A stretch of 64,000 nt of DNA, taken from contig JAEUHE010000236.1 of NCBI GenBank assembly GCA_016793885.1, positions 15,876-79,875 on the forward strand, read 5' to 3'. The position numbers and the translations under genes are program-made. The notes under the pieces were generated by a model. The model saw nothing but the letters and a program-made list of their open reading frames with translations, was not told the DNA's origin and made no database searches. The stretch comes from Verrucomicrobiales bacterium (GTDB lineage: Bacteria > Verrucomicrobiota > Verrucomicrobiia > Limisphaerales > UBA11320). Shown one piece after another: positions 1 to 10,317 of the stretch (positions are counted from its first letter, which is position 1; each line of letters starts with the position of its first letter).

Positions 1-477
1 CGCCCGACGGCGTGGAGCAAGGTTCTGGCCGTTCAGCGAGTGCTGGAGGAACGACACATGGCGGTGATGTGGGTGGATGCCGACACCCTCCCCATGAACC
101 AGCGTGTGCGGGTGGACCACCTTATTCCGGCGGCTTGTGATGTGGCGTTCGCCAGCGATTTCAACGGGCTGAACACGGGGGTCTTCTTAATCCGCAGCAC
201 GTCTTGGAGCCTGGAGTTCCTCAAGGCTGTCTATTTTCTGGGGGATGTACGTCGGAATCCCGATGGGTTTGGGGACAAGTGGGAACAGAACACTGTTAAG
301 GCCGTATTACAACACTTCAAGGGTGACTGGTCAAAGGTGGCCATCCTGCCCCAGTCGGTCATGAACTCTTCGCTGGAAACCTTTGTGCCGGGGGAGTTTC
401 TGGTGCACTTGGGCGCTCTGTCCAACCGAGATCGTCTTCGCTATGTGAGGGAACTGGAGCGTCAGGTCATCGATTAA
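1..477 (+). CDS. glycosyltransferase-like protein, C-terminal fragment (5' end lies upstream of the window)
   Basis: Frame 1 is open from nt 1 into track ORF 40..477. The translation has a DxD-type motif (WVDADT) followed by FNGLNTGVFLIRS. I recall this pattern from GT34 / GMA12-MNN10-like nucleotide-sugar transferases; the assignment is motif recall only. Confidence 0.5.
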   Translation, partial: RPTAWSKVLAVQRVLEERHMAVMWVDADTLPMNQRVRVDHLIPAACDVAFASDFNGLNTGVFLIRSTSWSLEFLKAVYFLGDVRRNPDGFGDKWEQNTVKAVLQHFKGDWSKVAILPQSVMNSSLETFVPGEFLVHLGALSNRDRLRYVRELERQVID

Positions 478-765
478 ACTCAGGTGGGAAGGGGCTGAAG
501 TCCTCCCGAATCAAGCCGATGAAGACCTGGGAGAAGAGGTTCTCCGATGCTTGGATGTACGTTTTTGAGGCGCAACTGTTTTGTCAAGCCGGCCCAGGTC
601 GCGGGTTGTGGGTGACATTTTTCGGACGGCCGCTTGCCCAAAGGCTCAAGATCGTCCACACTCACTTATCCATGTGGCTCCGGCTGTTATCTGTACGTCG
701 TACCCGCTGCTTTTGCGGTGTCGGTTGCCTGTCGGTTTTTCCCTCCCAACTCTCAACTCACTAAC

Positions 766-3700
766 ATGCGCACGTTTGTTTCTTGGTGGTCGCTGGTTTC
801 CAGGATGTCACTCATTTTAGGGGGAGCTCTGCTGGGGTCCAGTTCGGGGCTGGCTCAGCAAAACCTGACCAACCTCTTCGTCATTGAGGCGGAAGACTTC
901 AATTATGCCCGGGGCCAGACATTGGCGGTCGCGAACCAGATGCCGTATTTGGGCGGCGCGTTCGCCGGTTTGAACACGGCGGTAATCTCCGTCGATTACA
1001 ACCGGACGGCGGATGCGAGCAGCCCGCTGTACCGCAACGACTCACGCATCCCCATCCTAGCCAGCACGGATCGGGACCGCGAGGCGTGGACGATGACGAC
1101 CAATTTTCGGCTTGGGGCTTTGAAAGGAAACGAGTGGTTCAACTACACGCGCAACCTGCCAGTCGGGCGCTATTTGGTTTACGCCGCGATGTCGCACGGG
1201 GACACCGGGCCGGACCTCTGCCAGGGCGTGTTTTCGACCATTACTTCGATTGCTGCCACCAACACGAGCCAGACCACCTCTCGCAAGGGAACGTTTAAGG
1301 GGCCGGGCACGGGCAGTTACGAAACCAACCGATTGGTCATTCTGCGCGATACCGCCAACCGGGTAGTTATTTTAGACCTCGGCGGCAGCAACCAAACCTT
1401 TCGGTACACCGCCACGAGTGGGTTCCTGGACTATCTCAAGCTGGTGCGTGCTCGTCCGCCGGTGGTTGGAGTGCAGCCTGCGGATGTGACCGTGACTGAG
1501 AACCGGGCGGCGACCTTCTCGCTCGCGATCGGCTCCGATGATCCGGCCGCTATCCAGTGGCAGACCAACGGTGTTAATGTGTTGCGAGGCACCAACACCG
1601 TGCTCAGTTTCGTGCCCAGCTTGGGTATGGACGGCACCCGCGTGCGTTGCGTCCTTACCAACGTGATTGGCACGACTTTGAGCGCAGAGGTGACTTTGCA
1701 CGTAGTGCCCGACACCGGTAAACCCTCGGCCATCCGGGCGCTGAGCTTGGGATCTGACAAGGTTCGGCTGTTCTTTGATGAGGCGGTTTTTCCTCCCGTC
1801 GGCGCGGCGGCCGGGTTCTTTTCGCTCTCCGGGGGAATCGGCGTGACGGCCGCTGAAGCGGGAGCGGATCCGACAACCATCGATCTCACGCTGAGCAGCC
1901 CGTTGACCTTCGATCAGAGCTACACCGTGACGCTCTCGGGGGTTCGTGATATTGCGGCGACCCCGAACACGATTCTCGAGGGGACCCAGATCAGCTTCGT
2001 GGCGGTTCAGTTGGTTGCCACCGATATTGGACGGCCCACCGCGATCGGCACGTTGAACCGAATTCCGGGGGGCTTCGCCGTCTCGGGTGCGGGCAGCGAT
2101 ATCGGAGGCAGCAGCGACCAGTTTGGTTTTAGCTGGGAGCCGCGCTCCGGTGACTTTGACCTGCAGGGGCGCATCGCCAAGGCCACTATCACCGATGCGT
2201 TTCTTCATGTCGGCTTGATGGCGCGCGAGACCTTGGCGACGAATTCGGTCTTCGCCGCCGCGTTGGCCTCCTCCGCCCAGCTGGGTTGTTTCTTCGAGGT
2301 TCGGAAAACCACGGGGACCGCCACCACCGTCAGTTCCGCGGGCACTGGCATGCCGGTGAACTATCCCTACACCTGGCTTCGATTGCGCCGCTCGGGAAAT
2401 CTGTTCAGCGGGTATGCGAGTCTGGACGGCCAGTCTTGGGTGCTCTTGGGAACCAATAGTTTCACCACGATTTCGAATACAGTGCTGGTGGGGCTAGCCC
2501 TTTCGAGTCAATCGAGTTCGGCGGCCAGCGAGGCGGAGCTGCGCGACTACGGCAACACAGTGAGCACCAAGGTCGTCACGGAGTTGCCCAAAGTCGAACG
2601 TTTGGGACCGTCCAGCCGACGCACGGGGCTGGTGTTCTCGGAAATTATGTATCATCCGAGGTCTTCGGGAGCAGGGGCGCCTAATCTGGAGTTTATTGAG
2701 ATCTATAACGCGGGGTCCATTTTCGAGGAGCTCACAGGATTCGAAATCACGGGAGGTATTCAATATCAGTTTCCGGCCGGCTATCGGCTTGAGGCAGGTG
2801 CCTTCCTGGTGATCGCGGCCGATCCGAGCGCTGTTCAAAACGCTTATGGCTTGGCAAATGTGCTCGGACCGTGGACTGGTTCTCTCAACAACTCCGGCGA
2901 CTCCGTTCAACTCAAGGACGCTCGGGGCGCCCTGAAGCTGCAGGTAGATTATGCGACGGTGGCTCCCTGGCCGGTTGGTGCGGATGGTGCTGGTCCCTCG
3001 CTGGTTCTGCGTCGACCCAGCTATGGCGAGGCAGATCCCCGAGCCTGGGCCTCCAGCGAGATGAATGGAGGGACGCCGGGCCAGATGGAGGCAATCCTGC
3101 CCTCGGCTTTGACCTCGATCGTCATCAATGAATTCTTGGCGCACGAGTCGGTCGGACAAGTGGACTTTGTTGAACTTTACAACCACAGCACCGCAGCGGT
3201 GGACCTGTCTGGGTGCTACCTCTCGGACGATCCGACCACAAACAAGTTCAAGATTGCGGCCGGGACCTCGCTGGCCGCGCGCGGGTTGATGTCATTTGAC
3301 AGCGCGCAGTTGGGCTTCGGACTGAATTCGGTCGGGGAGTCTATTTATCTGATCGATTCGACGGGGACGCGGGTGATTGATGCCGTTCGCTTCGGTCCCC
3401 AGGAAAAAGGGGTGAGTCACGGGCGAGTTCCCGATGGCGCGACGGTCATCCGTCCCTTGGCAACGGCCACGCCGGGTGCTTCGAACTCGGGATGGAAACC
3501 CGAAGCGGTCGTGATCAACGAGATCATGTACAACCCGATTACCCAGGATAGCAACGACGAGTATGTCGAGCTGCACAATCGGGGCACCACGCCCGTCGAC
3601 TTGGCGGGCTGGAGTTTTACATCGGGCATTGAATACACCATCCCGACGGGCCGCATTCTGGCCCCCGGTGGGTATCTAGTGATTGCCAAAAATTCCGCCC

Positions 3701-6700
3701 GGTTGCTCTCGAAATATGGACACCTGTCCGCAGCCAACACCGCGGGCGACTATTCGGGCACGCTTGGGAACGGAGGAGACTCCGTGGTTTTGAGCAAGCC
3801 TCAGACCTTCGATGTGGGGACCCCACAAAACCCGGCGACGGTGACCCTGCCCGTGGTTGTGTCGGAAGTGACCTATGGGACGGGAGGCCGCTGGGGCAAG
3901 TGGGCTGATGGGGGCGGTTCCAGTTTGGAGCTGATCGACCCACGGGCCGACCTTCAGCAGGCTGCCAGCTGGGCTGACTCGGACGAGACCACGAAAGCGG
4001 ATTGGACCACGCTCGATTTCACGGGTGTTCTCGACAACGGCAACGGAACCTACACTCCCAACCGACTTTTGATCCTACTCCAGGGGGCAGGGGAGTGTCA
4101 GGTGGACGATGTGGAAGTAATCAAGGTGGGGAGCACCAATCTCCTGGTCAACGGTTCCTTCGAGGCGACGAACACGACGCAGCGGTGGGAGATGACCGGA
4201 ACGCACGGCCTCAGCACCATCGACACGAACAACGGCATCGGCGGGAGCCGGAGCCTGCACATTCGGGCGCAGGGCGATGGGGATACGGGCATCAACAGCG
4301 TTCGCCGCGCCTTGGCGAATGGTCTGGCCAGCGGAAACACGGGGCGCATCAAGGCCAAGGTTCGCTGGATGGCGGGCTGGCCGGAGATCTTACTAAGGCT
4401 CCAGGGCAACTGGCTCGAGCTGGCTGGTAAGATGGACGTCCCTCCCAACCTTGGCTCGCCGGGACAGTTGAACAGCCGTCGGGTGGACAACGCTGGGCCT
4501 GCCATCTACCACGTGAGCCATTCTCCCGCATTGCCGCGGGCGAGCGAGCCGGTGGTGGTGACTTGCCGGGTTTCCGATCCCGATGGAGTGGGCGCGGTGA
4601 CTGTGCGATACCGTTTCGACTCCACGCAGACTCTGACCAACGTCGTCATGCTGGACGACGGAACCGGGGGCGATGAAGTGGCTGGAGACGGGGTTTACTC
4701 GGGCACGGTCCCGGGTCGCGCTTCGGGCATCATGGCGTTCCGAGTGGAGGCTCTGGATGCAGCGGCCGTTCCGGCAGGGACAGTTTTCCCGGCTGGTGCC
4801 CCCGCCCAGGAATGCCTGGTCCGCTTCAATGACGGCATTCCCTTCGGAAGCTTCGGCCACTACCACCTGTGGAGCACGGCCGCGACCGAGAGCGCTCGGG
4901 GAGCTTCCACCGCGTTGAACAACTTTTATCGCGATGCGACGCTGGTTTATGGGAACGGACGCATCATCTACAACGTCGGTTTCCGGGACAAGGGCAGCCC
5001 TTACCACAGTGGGACTGGGGACTTCGCCATCACGGTTCCGGCCGATGATCTGTTGCTGGGTGTTCGCGATCGTGTTTTCGGAGCGACGGGCAATGGCGGA
5101 GCAGAAGCCAGTGGCCTGCGCGGCCGGGTCGCCAACTGGTTCAGTCGCGAGTTGGGCCTGTCCTACCTGCATGCGCATTACATTTTGTTCTACCGGAACG
5201 GGACCCTCCATCAGTCCATCTCCGAGGACGCCGAGCAGCCGAGCAATCCCTATGCGGAGGCTTGGTACCCCTCGGGCGAGGTGGGTGAGTTGTTCAAGAT
5301 TGCGGTGTGGTTTGAGGACAACAGCACCAGCGGGGCCACCGGGGCTACCATGGAGCAGTTCCGTACCACCGGTGGCGTCTTTGACCTCGCGCGGTACCGG
5401 TGGAACTGGCAGCTGCGGGCCAACGACAGCGCCAACAACTACACCAACTTCTTCAAGCTGGTAGAAGCGATCAACGCGTCGGGCGATCACGTGCCCGGAC
5501 TGATGAATATTGCCGACATGGAAGAGTGGATGCGCGTCTTCGCTTACCACCGCATGATGGGTAATTGGGATTCCTGGACCTTCAACGTTGGGCAGAACAT
5601 GTATCTCTACCGTCAGCCAGGCGCTAAATGGGTGCTGCTGCCGTGGGACATCGACTTTGTGCTCGGGTTGGGCAATGGGCCGACGGACGCGCTGTGGGGC
5701 GGACAAGACCCGGTTATGAACACCCGGGTCTATGACAATCCCACCTTCCGCCGCATGCTGTATCGGGCGTTCTTGGATGGGATCTCGGGCCCTATGCAGC
5801 CTTCGCGCTACGCGCCACAGATCGATTCTCGGCGAATCATTCTGAGCAAGAACAAGATCAGCGGCCTGGCCGGGACCGCGGATATTGGGCAGTACATCGA
5901 CCAACGTCGGGAGTATCTGCGAGCGCAGGTGGCCGCCGCGAACGTGATCGGGCTATCCATTACCAACAACGGAGGTAACAACTTTGTCTCGGCCAACTCC
6001 GTGGCGACGATTACCGGCCGCGCTCCTTTTGAAGTGGCCACGATCGAAGTCAACGGGATTCCCTATCCGGTCAAATGGACCGGCTTCACCAGTTACTCCA
6101 TCAGCGTTCCGCTGGCCAACGGGGCCAACGTGCTCACCTTGGTCGGCAAGGACCTTCGGGGGAATGTGGTATCCGGTGGCAGCGACGTCATCACCGTCAC
6201 CTACAACGGTGTTCCGCAGCAGCCCAGCGACTTTGTGGTGATTAATGAGATCCACTACAATCCAACCAGCCCTAGGGGTTCATTTGTCGAACTCTTCAAC
6301 CGCTCCACCACGACCCCCTTTGATCTTTCCGGGTATCGCCTGGATGGATTGAGCTACGTGTTCCCGGCGGGCAGCCTTATCTCCCCCTCGAGCTATATGA
6401 TTCTCGCGAAGAGCCGCGCTGACTTTGCTCTGGCTTACGGCTCCGGGATTACCGTCTGGGACGAGTTCGCTGGTTCGCTGGATTCCGGCGGGGAGCGTCT
6501 GAGCCTGGTCAAGCCGGGTGAGACTCCGGATAACGACCTGGTGATCAATGATGTTCGGTATGACAATGTGCTGCCTTGGCCCGTTCAGGCGGATGGGTTC
6601 GGACCTTCTCTGCAACTCGTCGATGCGACCAAGGACACCTACCGTGTCGCCAACTGGGCGGCGACCGCTACCAACGATCTGAATCGAGTCACCCCAGGGC

Positions 6701-8466
6701 GGACCAATCTCGTGCGTCAGACCCTCCCCGCGTTCCCGCTCGTGTGGATCAACGAGATTTTGCCGAACAACGTGAATGGGGCCACGGACAATGCCGGCGA
6801 TCGGGAGCCCTTCGTTGAACTCTACAACTCCGGCGATGTGGCGGTTGACTTGTCGAGTTTGTATCTCACCGACAGCACGACGAACTTGACGCGATGGCCG
6901 TTCCCGGCGGGAACGACGATTGCCCCCAAGCAGTTCCTGACTCTCTGGACGGATGGCGAGCCCAACGAGACCGCGGCGGGGGCGCTGCACACACCGTTCC
7001 GGATTTCGCCCACCAACGGGTTTGTGGCACTGGTGCGCCTCCAGGGTAATCCGTCGGCTCCGGCGGTCATCGACTACATTCACTATCCGGTCCTTCCTAA
7101 CGACCGGAGCTATGGAAGTTTTCCGGATGGGGAGCCGCGCAATCGGCGGTCCTTCTTCTACGTCACCCAGGGAGGAACCAACAACCCCGTCTATCCGGAT
7201 GTGAACATCACGCTCAACGAGGTGATGGCCTCGAATCAAAAGACCCTTGCAGATCCTGCTACGGGCAGGTTCAGCGACTGGTTTGAGATTTACAATGGTG
7301 GCACCTCGACCGTGGACTTGGCTGGGTATCGGCTGACGGACAACCTGACCAACTCCAACCCATTCACTATCCCGGCTGGCTACGCCATTCCCGCCGGGGG
7401 CTTCTTGCTGGTCTGGGCCGATGGGGATCCCAGCCTGAACCAGGCGGCGCGTCCCGATCTGCATGTGGACTTCCAGCTTTCGGCAGGAGGCGAGGAATTG
7501 GCGTTGATCGCTCCTGATGATCGATTGGTAGATGGCTTCCGATTTCCGGCCCAGGTTACCGACTACAGTATCGGTCGATTCCCAGACGGTGGTCCGTTGC
7601 CTATGGTCTACATGCCGGCTCCGACCCCGCGCAAGAAGAACGACGCGACGAATGCCAACTACCCACCGACCTTGGGTGCCGTTTCTTCGAAAGAAGTGGA
7701 CGAGCAGACTCTGCTGGCATTCACCGTGCAAGCGACGGATCCGAATGTCACCCAACAACTCAGCTACCGGTTGATCAACAACCCTCCGGCGGGTGCCGCC
7801 ATCGATGCCACGACGGGTCGATTCACCTGGACCCCCACTGAGGAGCAGGGCCCGGGCAACTTCTTGGTCACGATTGAGGCTGCTGACAACGGGACTCCTT
7901 CGTTGGCAGCGACCGTGGAGGTGGCTATCCAAGTTCTGGAGGTGAATACCATCCCTGGACTGGTTGCTATTCCTAGTCAGACCGTGGTGGCCGGATTGCC
8001 TCTTCGTTTCACGGCGGTGTCGACGGATTCCGATGTGCCGGAGCAGATCGTGACCTTCGCACTGGCCGGTGGTAGCCCGCTGGGGGCAGGTATCAATCCG
8101 GACACTGGCGACTTCAACTGGACGCCTTCGGCCGAACAGATTGGCGAATACACCATGACGATAGTGGTCACCGATCAGGGCGTGCCGCCTCTGTCTCGAA
8201 GCGTGAACGTGTCGATCACGGTCAAAGCCCCGGAAGTGGTAGTTCCGCCGCAGCTGAGTGTTGCAACCGCGGAGGATGGTTCGCTCACCCTGTCTTTTGG
8301 TGCGGAGAATGGAATTCGCTACCAAGTTCAGTACAGGGATCGACTCGACGAAGCCGCCTGGGCACCTTTTGCTGAGGTGCTGGGTGTCGGAGCCCAGGCT
8401 ACCTTGAGCGGGATCGATCCTCGTGATGAACCGGAGCGTTACTACCGGGTGGTCGTCCAACCATAA
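766..8466 (+). CDS. giant secreted surface protein: CBM-like N-terminus, Ig-like repeat, 3 LTD, CotH kinase-like core, 3 LTD, cadherin-like repeats
   Basis: Track ORF 634..8466. I prefer ATG 766 because it gives a signal-peptide-like start (MRTFVSWWSLVSRMSLILGGALLGSSSGLAQQ). Six lamin-tail-domain signatures (xVINE[IF][ML] ... [FY][VI]E[LI][YH]N ... DL[SA]G ... L[ST]D) start near 2630, 3115, 3505, 6235, 6740 and 7205. A CotH-like core lies at ~4790-5940 (YHLWSTAATE, NWDSWTFNVGQNMYLY, LLPWDIDFVLG). An Ig I-set-like repeat lies at ~1470-1710 and cadherin/dystroglycan-like repeats at ~7650-8230. The tail ends ERYYRVVVQP. Confidence 0.85.
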   Translation: MRTFVSWWSLVSRMSLILGGALLGSSSGLAQQNLTNLFVIEAEDFNYARGQTLAVANQMPYLGGAFAGLNTAVISVDYNRTADASSPLYRNDSRIPILASTDRDREAWTMTTNFRLGALKGNEWFNYTRNLPVGRYLVYAAMSHGDTGPDLCQGVFSTITSIAATNTSQTTSRKGTFKGPGTGSYETNRLVILRDTANRVVILDLGGSNQTFRYTATSGFLDYLKLVRARPPVVGVQPADVTVTENRAATFSLAIGSDDPAAIQWQTNGVNVLRGTNTVLSFVPSLGMDGTRVRCVLTNVIGTTLSAEVTLHVVPDTGKPSAIRALSLGSDKVRLFFDEAVFPPVGAAAGFFSLSGGIGVTAAEAGADPTTIDLTLSSPLTFDQSYTVTLSGVRDIAATPNTILEGTQISFVAVQLVATDIGRPTAIGTLNRIPGGFAVSGAGSDIGGSSDQFGFSWEPRSGDFDLQGRIAKATITDAFLHVGLMARETLATNSVFAAALASSAQLGCFFEVRKTTGTATTVSSAGTGMPVNYPYTWLRLRRSGNLFSGYASLDGQSWVLLGTNSFTTISNTVLVGLALSSQSSSAASEAELRDYGNTVSTKVVTELPKVERLGPSSRRTGLVFSEIMYHPRSSGAGAPNLEFIEIYNAGSIFEELTGFEITGGIQYQFPAGYRLEAGAFLVIAADPSAVQNAYGLANVLGPWTGSLNNSGDSVQLKDARGALKLQVDYATVAPWPVGADGAGPSLVLRRPSYGEADPRAWASSEMNGGTPGQMEAILPSALTSIVINEFLAHESVGQVDFVELYNHSTAAVDLSGCYLSDDPTTNKFKIAAGTSLAARGLMSFDSAQLGFGLNSVGESIYLIDSTGTRVIDAVRFGPQEKGVSHGRVPDGATVIRPLATATPGASNSGWKPEAVVINEIMYNPITQDSNDEYVELHNRGTTPVDLAGWSFTSGIEYTIPTGRILAPGGYLVIAKNSARLLSKYGHLSAANTAGDYSGTLGNGGDSVVLSKPQTFDVGTPQNPATVTLPVVVSEVTYGTGGRWGKWADGGGSSLELIDPRADLQQAASWADSDETTKADWTTLDFTGVLDNGNGTYTPNRLLILLQGAGECQVDDVEVIKVGSTNLLVNGSFEATNTTQRWEMTGTHGLSTIDTNNGIGGSRSLHIRAQGDGDTGINSVRRALANGLASGNTGRIKAKVRWMAGWPEILLRLQGNWLELAGKMDVPPNLGSPGQLNSRRVDNAGPAIYHVSHSPALPRASEPVVVTCRVSDPDGVGAVTVRYRFDSTQTLTNVVMLDDGTGGDEVAGDGVYSGTVPGRASGIMAFRVEALDAAAVPAGTVFPAGAPAQECLVRFNDGIPFGSFGHYHLWSTAATESARGASTALNNFYRDATLVYGNGRIIYNVGFRDKGSPYHSGTGDFAITVPADDLLLGVRDRVFGATGNGGAEASGLRGRVANWFSRELGLSYLHAHYILFYRNGTLHQSISEDAEQPSNPYAEAWYPSGEVGELFKIAVWFEDNSTSGATGATMEQFRTTGGVFDLARYRWNWQLRANDSANNYTNFFKLVEAINASGDHVPGLMNIADMEEWMRVFAYHRMMGNWDSWTFNVGQNMYLYRQPGAKWVLLPWDIDFVLGLGNGPTDALWGGQDPVMNTRVYDNPTFRRMLYRAFLDGISGPMQPSRYAPQIDSRRIILSKNKISGLAGTADIGQYIDQRREYLRAQVAAANVIGLSITNNGGNNFVSANSVATITGRAPFEVATIEVNGIPYPVKWTGFTSYSISVPLANGANVLTLVGKDLRGNVVSGGSDVITVTYNGVPQQPSDFVVINEIHYNPTSPRGSFVELFNRSTTTPFDLSGYRLDGLSYVFPAGSLISPSSYMILAKSRADFALAYGSGITVWDEFAGSLDSGGERLSLVKPGETPDNDLVINDVRYDNVLPWPVQADGFGPSLQLVDATKDTYRVANWAATATNDLNRVTPGRTNLVRQTLPAFPLVWINEILPNNVNGATDNAGDREPFVELYNSGDVAVDLSSLYLTDSTTNLTRWPFPAGTTIAPKQFLTLWTDGEPNETAAGALHTPFRISPTNGFVALVRLQGNPSAPAVIDYIHYPVLPNDRSYGSFPDGEPRNRRSFFYVTQGGTNNPVYPDVNITLNEVMASNQKTLADPATGRFSDWFEIYNGGTSTVDLAGYRLTDNLTNSNPFTIPAGYAIPAGGFLLVWADGDPSLNQAARPDLHVDFQLSAGGEELALIAPDDRLVDGFRFPAQVTDYSIGRFPDGGPLPMVYMPAPTPRKKNDATNANYPPTLGAVSSKEVDEQTLLAFTVQATDPNVTQQLSYRLINNPPAGAAIDATTGRFTWTPTEEQGPGNFLVTIEAADNGTPSLAATVEVAIQVLEVNTIPGLVAIPSQTVVAGLPLRFTAVSTDSDVPEQIVTFALAGGSPLGAGINPDTGDFNWTPSAEQIGEYTMTIVVTDQGVPPLSRSVNVSITVKAPEVVVPPQLSVATAEDGSLTLSFGAENGIRYQVQYRDRLDEAAWAPFAEVLGVGAQATLSGIDPRDEPERYYRVVVQP

Positions 8467-8562
8467 AGAGGGGAAGTCTCTCTGACGAACGGGTGCTGGT
8501 CTTTAGCGAGCCGGCCGCTGGACTTAGACTAGTCGTTCTGCGGGTTGTCCACGTGGGGGCTA

Positions 8563-8801
8563 TTCCTCCCTACCTTGGTGACGATTCGGGGTAGGGAGAG
8601 ACTTGACCACGAAGCGGTCCGATGAGGTTTATAGTTCTGATTTCCGCTCGAGCCCTGATCGGCCCGAGGTGATCGAACCTGTTAGGAGCTGCGTCGGGGA
8701 GAGCCAGGGTGTTGACGATCGCCTCTCGGCCCTCGCTGGGTGGCCCCTTTTATTATCCTGAGCCTGGGGCAGGAGTGGGCTCGACAGAGTCTCGCCCTAC
8801 C
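8563..8801. repeat. family-A palindromic-end element (reverse orientation relative to 55445..55614), with junction hairpin
   Basis: It ends with GGGCTCGACAGAGTCTCGCCCTACC (8777-8801). The other end, GGTAGGGAGAGACT...CCGCTCGAGCCC (8589-8656), is split by a ~40-bp insertion. The internal sequence aligns by eye with the reverse complement of 55470-55590 (CCCCAGGCTCAGGATA...GGGCC.ATCAGGGCTCGA). A CTCCCTACC-N15-GGTAGGGAG hairpin sits at 8566-8598. Confidence 0.7.
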
Positions 8802-8811
8802 TGACTGACGA

Positions 8812-8853
8812 CTCACAACAGCCGTCCCATCGCGCCGGCGGTGGTTGCTGCTA
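8812..8853 (-). repeat. family-B element (half copy) starting at the TAG stop of the DUF1501 gene
   Basis: The reverse complement, TAGCAGCAACCACCGCCGGCGCGATGGGACGGCTGTTGTGAG, matches 18089..18130 at 39 of 42 positions (counted by hand). The leading TAG is the stop codon of CDS 8851..10314. Confidence 0.75.
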
Positions 8854-10314
8854 GGCGAGGATCCCTTTGACCAGCTCCCCGTGCACATCGGTTAGGCGGA
8901 AATGCCGGCCCTGGAACTTGAAGGTGAGTTTCTCGTGGTCGAGCCCGAGGCAGTGAAGCATCGTGGCGTTGAAATCGTGGATGTGGACCGGGTCTTGCAC
9001 GATGTTGTAGCAGAAGTCGTCGGTCTGTCCGTAGACCACACCTGACTTGATTCCGCCGCCAGCCATCCACAAGGTGAAGCATCTTCCATGATGGTCACGT
9101 CCGTGATTATCCTTGGTAAGCGACCCTTGGCTGTAAACCGTTCGGCCGAACTCCCCGCCCCAGATGACCAGCGTGTCCTCGAGTAGGCCGCGATCCTTAA
9201 GGTCCTTAACCAAGGCGGCGCTGGGCTGATCGACGTCGCGGCATTGGCCCCGAATTTGACGAGGCAGATCACCGTGCTGGTCCCACCCCCGATGCATGAG
9301 TTGCACAAAGCGGACTCCGCGTTCGACCATTCGACGCGCCAGCAAACAGTTGCGGGCGAACCCGCCATCGGTAGCGCCTTCCTTGATCCCATAGGATTCA
9401 AGCACGTGCTTGGGTTCCCCGGAAAGATCGGTCAGCTCGGGCACCGATGCCTGCATCCGGTAGGCCATCTCGTATTGGGCGATCCGGGCATTGATCTCGG
9501 GGTCCCCGAAGCTCTGGGCGGCCATGGCGTTGAGCTGACCAACGCTGTCGAGCATGCTGCGTCGGGACTCCTTGTTCAGTCCGGGTGGGTTGCTCAGATA
9601 GAGCACCGGGTCGGATCCTGAACGAAAACGGACACCTTGGTGTTGCCCCGGCAGGAACCCGTTGCCCCAGTAGCGCGTGGAGAGAGGCTGGTCTGTCTTG
9701 TTGCCGCTGCCTTGGGAGACCATCACGATGAAGGCTGGCATCTGCTGGTTCTCGCTGCCGATGCCGTAGCTGAGCCAGGCACCCAAACTCGGGCGTCCGG
9801 CTTGCTGATGGCCCGTCTGAATGTAGGTGACTGCCGGATCATGGTTGATCGCCTCGGTATGCATGGACTTGATCAGGCAGATGTCGTCCACGATTTTGCC
9901 AGTGTGAGGCAGCAACTCACTGACCCAGGTTCCGTTCTTGCCGTATTGCTGGAACGAGAACATGGGAGCCACGCAGGGGAAAGAGCTTTGACCGGAGGTC
10001 ATACCGGTCAGGCGCTGTCCCATCCGGATTGATCCGGGCAACTCTTTGCCATGATGAGCCTTCAGGCCCGGCTTGTAGTCGAAGAGATCGATATGCGATG
10101 GCCCACCCGACATGAACAAATAGATCACGCGCTTCGCCTTGGGAGCGAAATGCAGTCCTGGGAGCACTCCATGGCTGGCGGAGGGTTGTCCGGTGGCGGC
10201 GAAGACTTGGGGGTTCAGCAGAGAGGCGAGTCCGAGCGTTCCGATTCCTCCGCTCAAGCGCCCGAAAAAATGGCGGCGAGTCAGGAGCGATTGCAGTTCG
10301 TAGTGCGGATTCAT
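8851..10314 (-). CDS. DUF1501 domain protein (sulfatase/alkaline-phosphatase-like fold), Tat-type signal
   Basis: The 487-aa ORF has an N-terminal [22 protein letters not shown] twin-arginine-like motif. Conserved DUF1501 blocks are recalled: [33 protein letters not shown]. It starts 3 nt downstream of the PSCyt/PSD1 gene, the usual pairing. Confidence 0.9.
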   Translation of the reverse strand: MNPHYELQSLLTRRHFFGRLSGGIGTLGLASLLNPQVFAATGQPSASHGVLPGLHFAPKAKRVIYLFMSGGPSHIDLFDYKPGLKAHHGKELPGSIRMGQRLTGMTSGQSSFPCVAPMFSFQQYGKNGTWVSELLPHTGKIVDDICLIKSMHTEAINHDPAVTYIQTGHQQAGRPSLGAWLSYGIGSENQQMPAFIVMVSQGSGNKTDQPLSTRYWGNGFLPGQHQGVRFRSGSDPVLYLSNPPGLNKESRRSMLDSVGQLNAMAAQSFGDPEINARIAQYEMAYRMQASVPELTDLSGEPKHVLESYGIKEGATDGGFARNCLLARRMVERGVRFVQLMHRGWDQHGDLPRQIRGQCRDVDQPSAALVKDLKDRGLLEDTLVIWGGEFGRTVYSQGSLTKDNHGRDHHGRCFTLWMAGGGIKSGVVYGQTDDFCYNIVQDPVHIHDFNATMLHCLGLDHEKLTFKFQGRHFRLTDVHGELVKGILA

Positions 10315-10317
10315 AGG

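Noticed and set aside
1372-8460. Long antisense ORFs inside the first giant gene (for example 1372..2208, 4393..5904 and 6280..8460, minus strand)
   Set aside because: They lie entirely within, and opposite to, a confidently motif-supported CDS. Their translations are Arg/Pro/Gly-rich and low in complexity with no recognisable motifs. These are typical shadow ORFs of GC-rich DNA.
8682-8888. Small ORFs encoding similar peptides (CPRLRI..KGATQRGP...) at 8682..8888, 55382..55621, 55474..55659 and 55660..55869
   Set aside because: Their similarity reflects the family-A DNA repeat they are translated from. They occur in either orientation and span the terminal inverted repeats.
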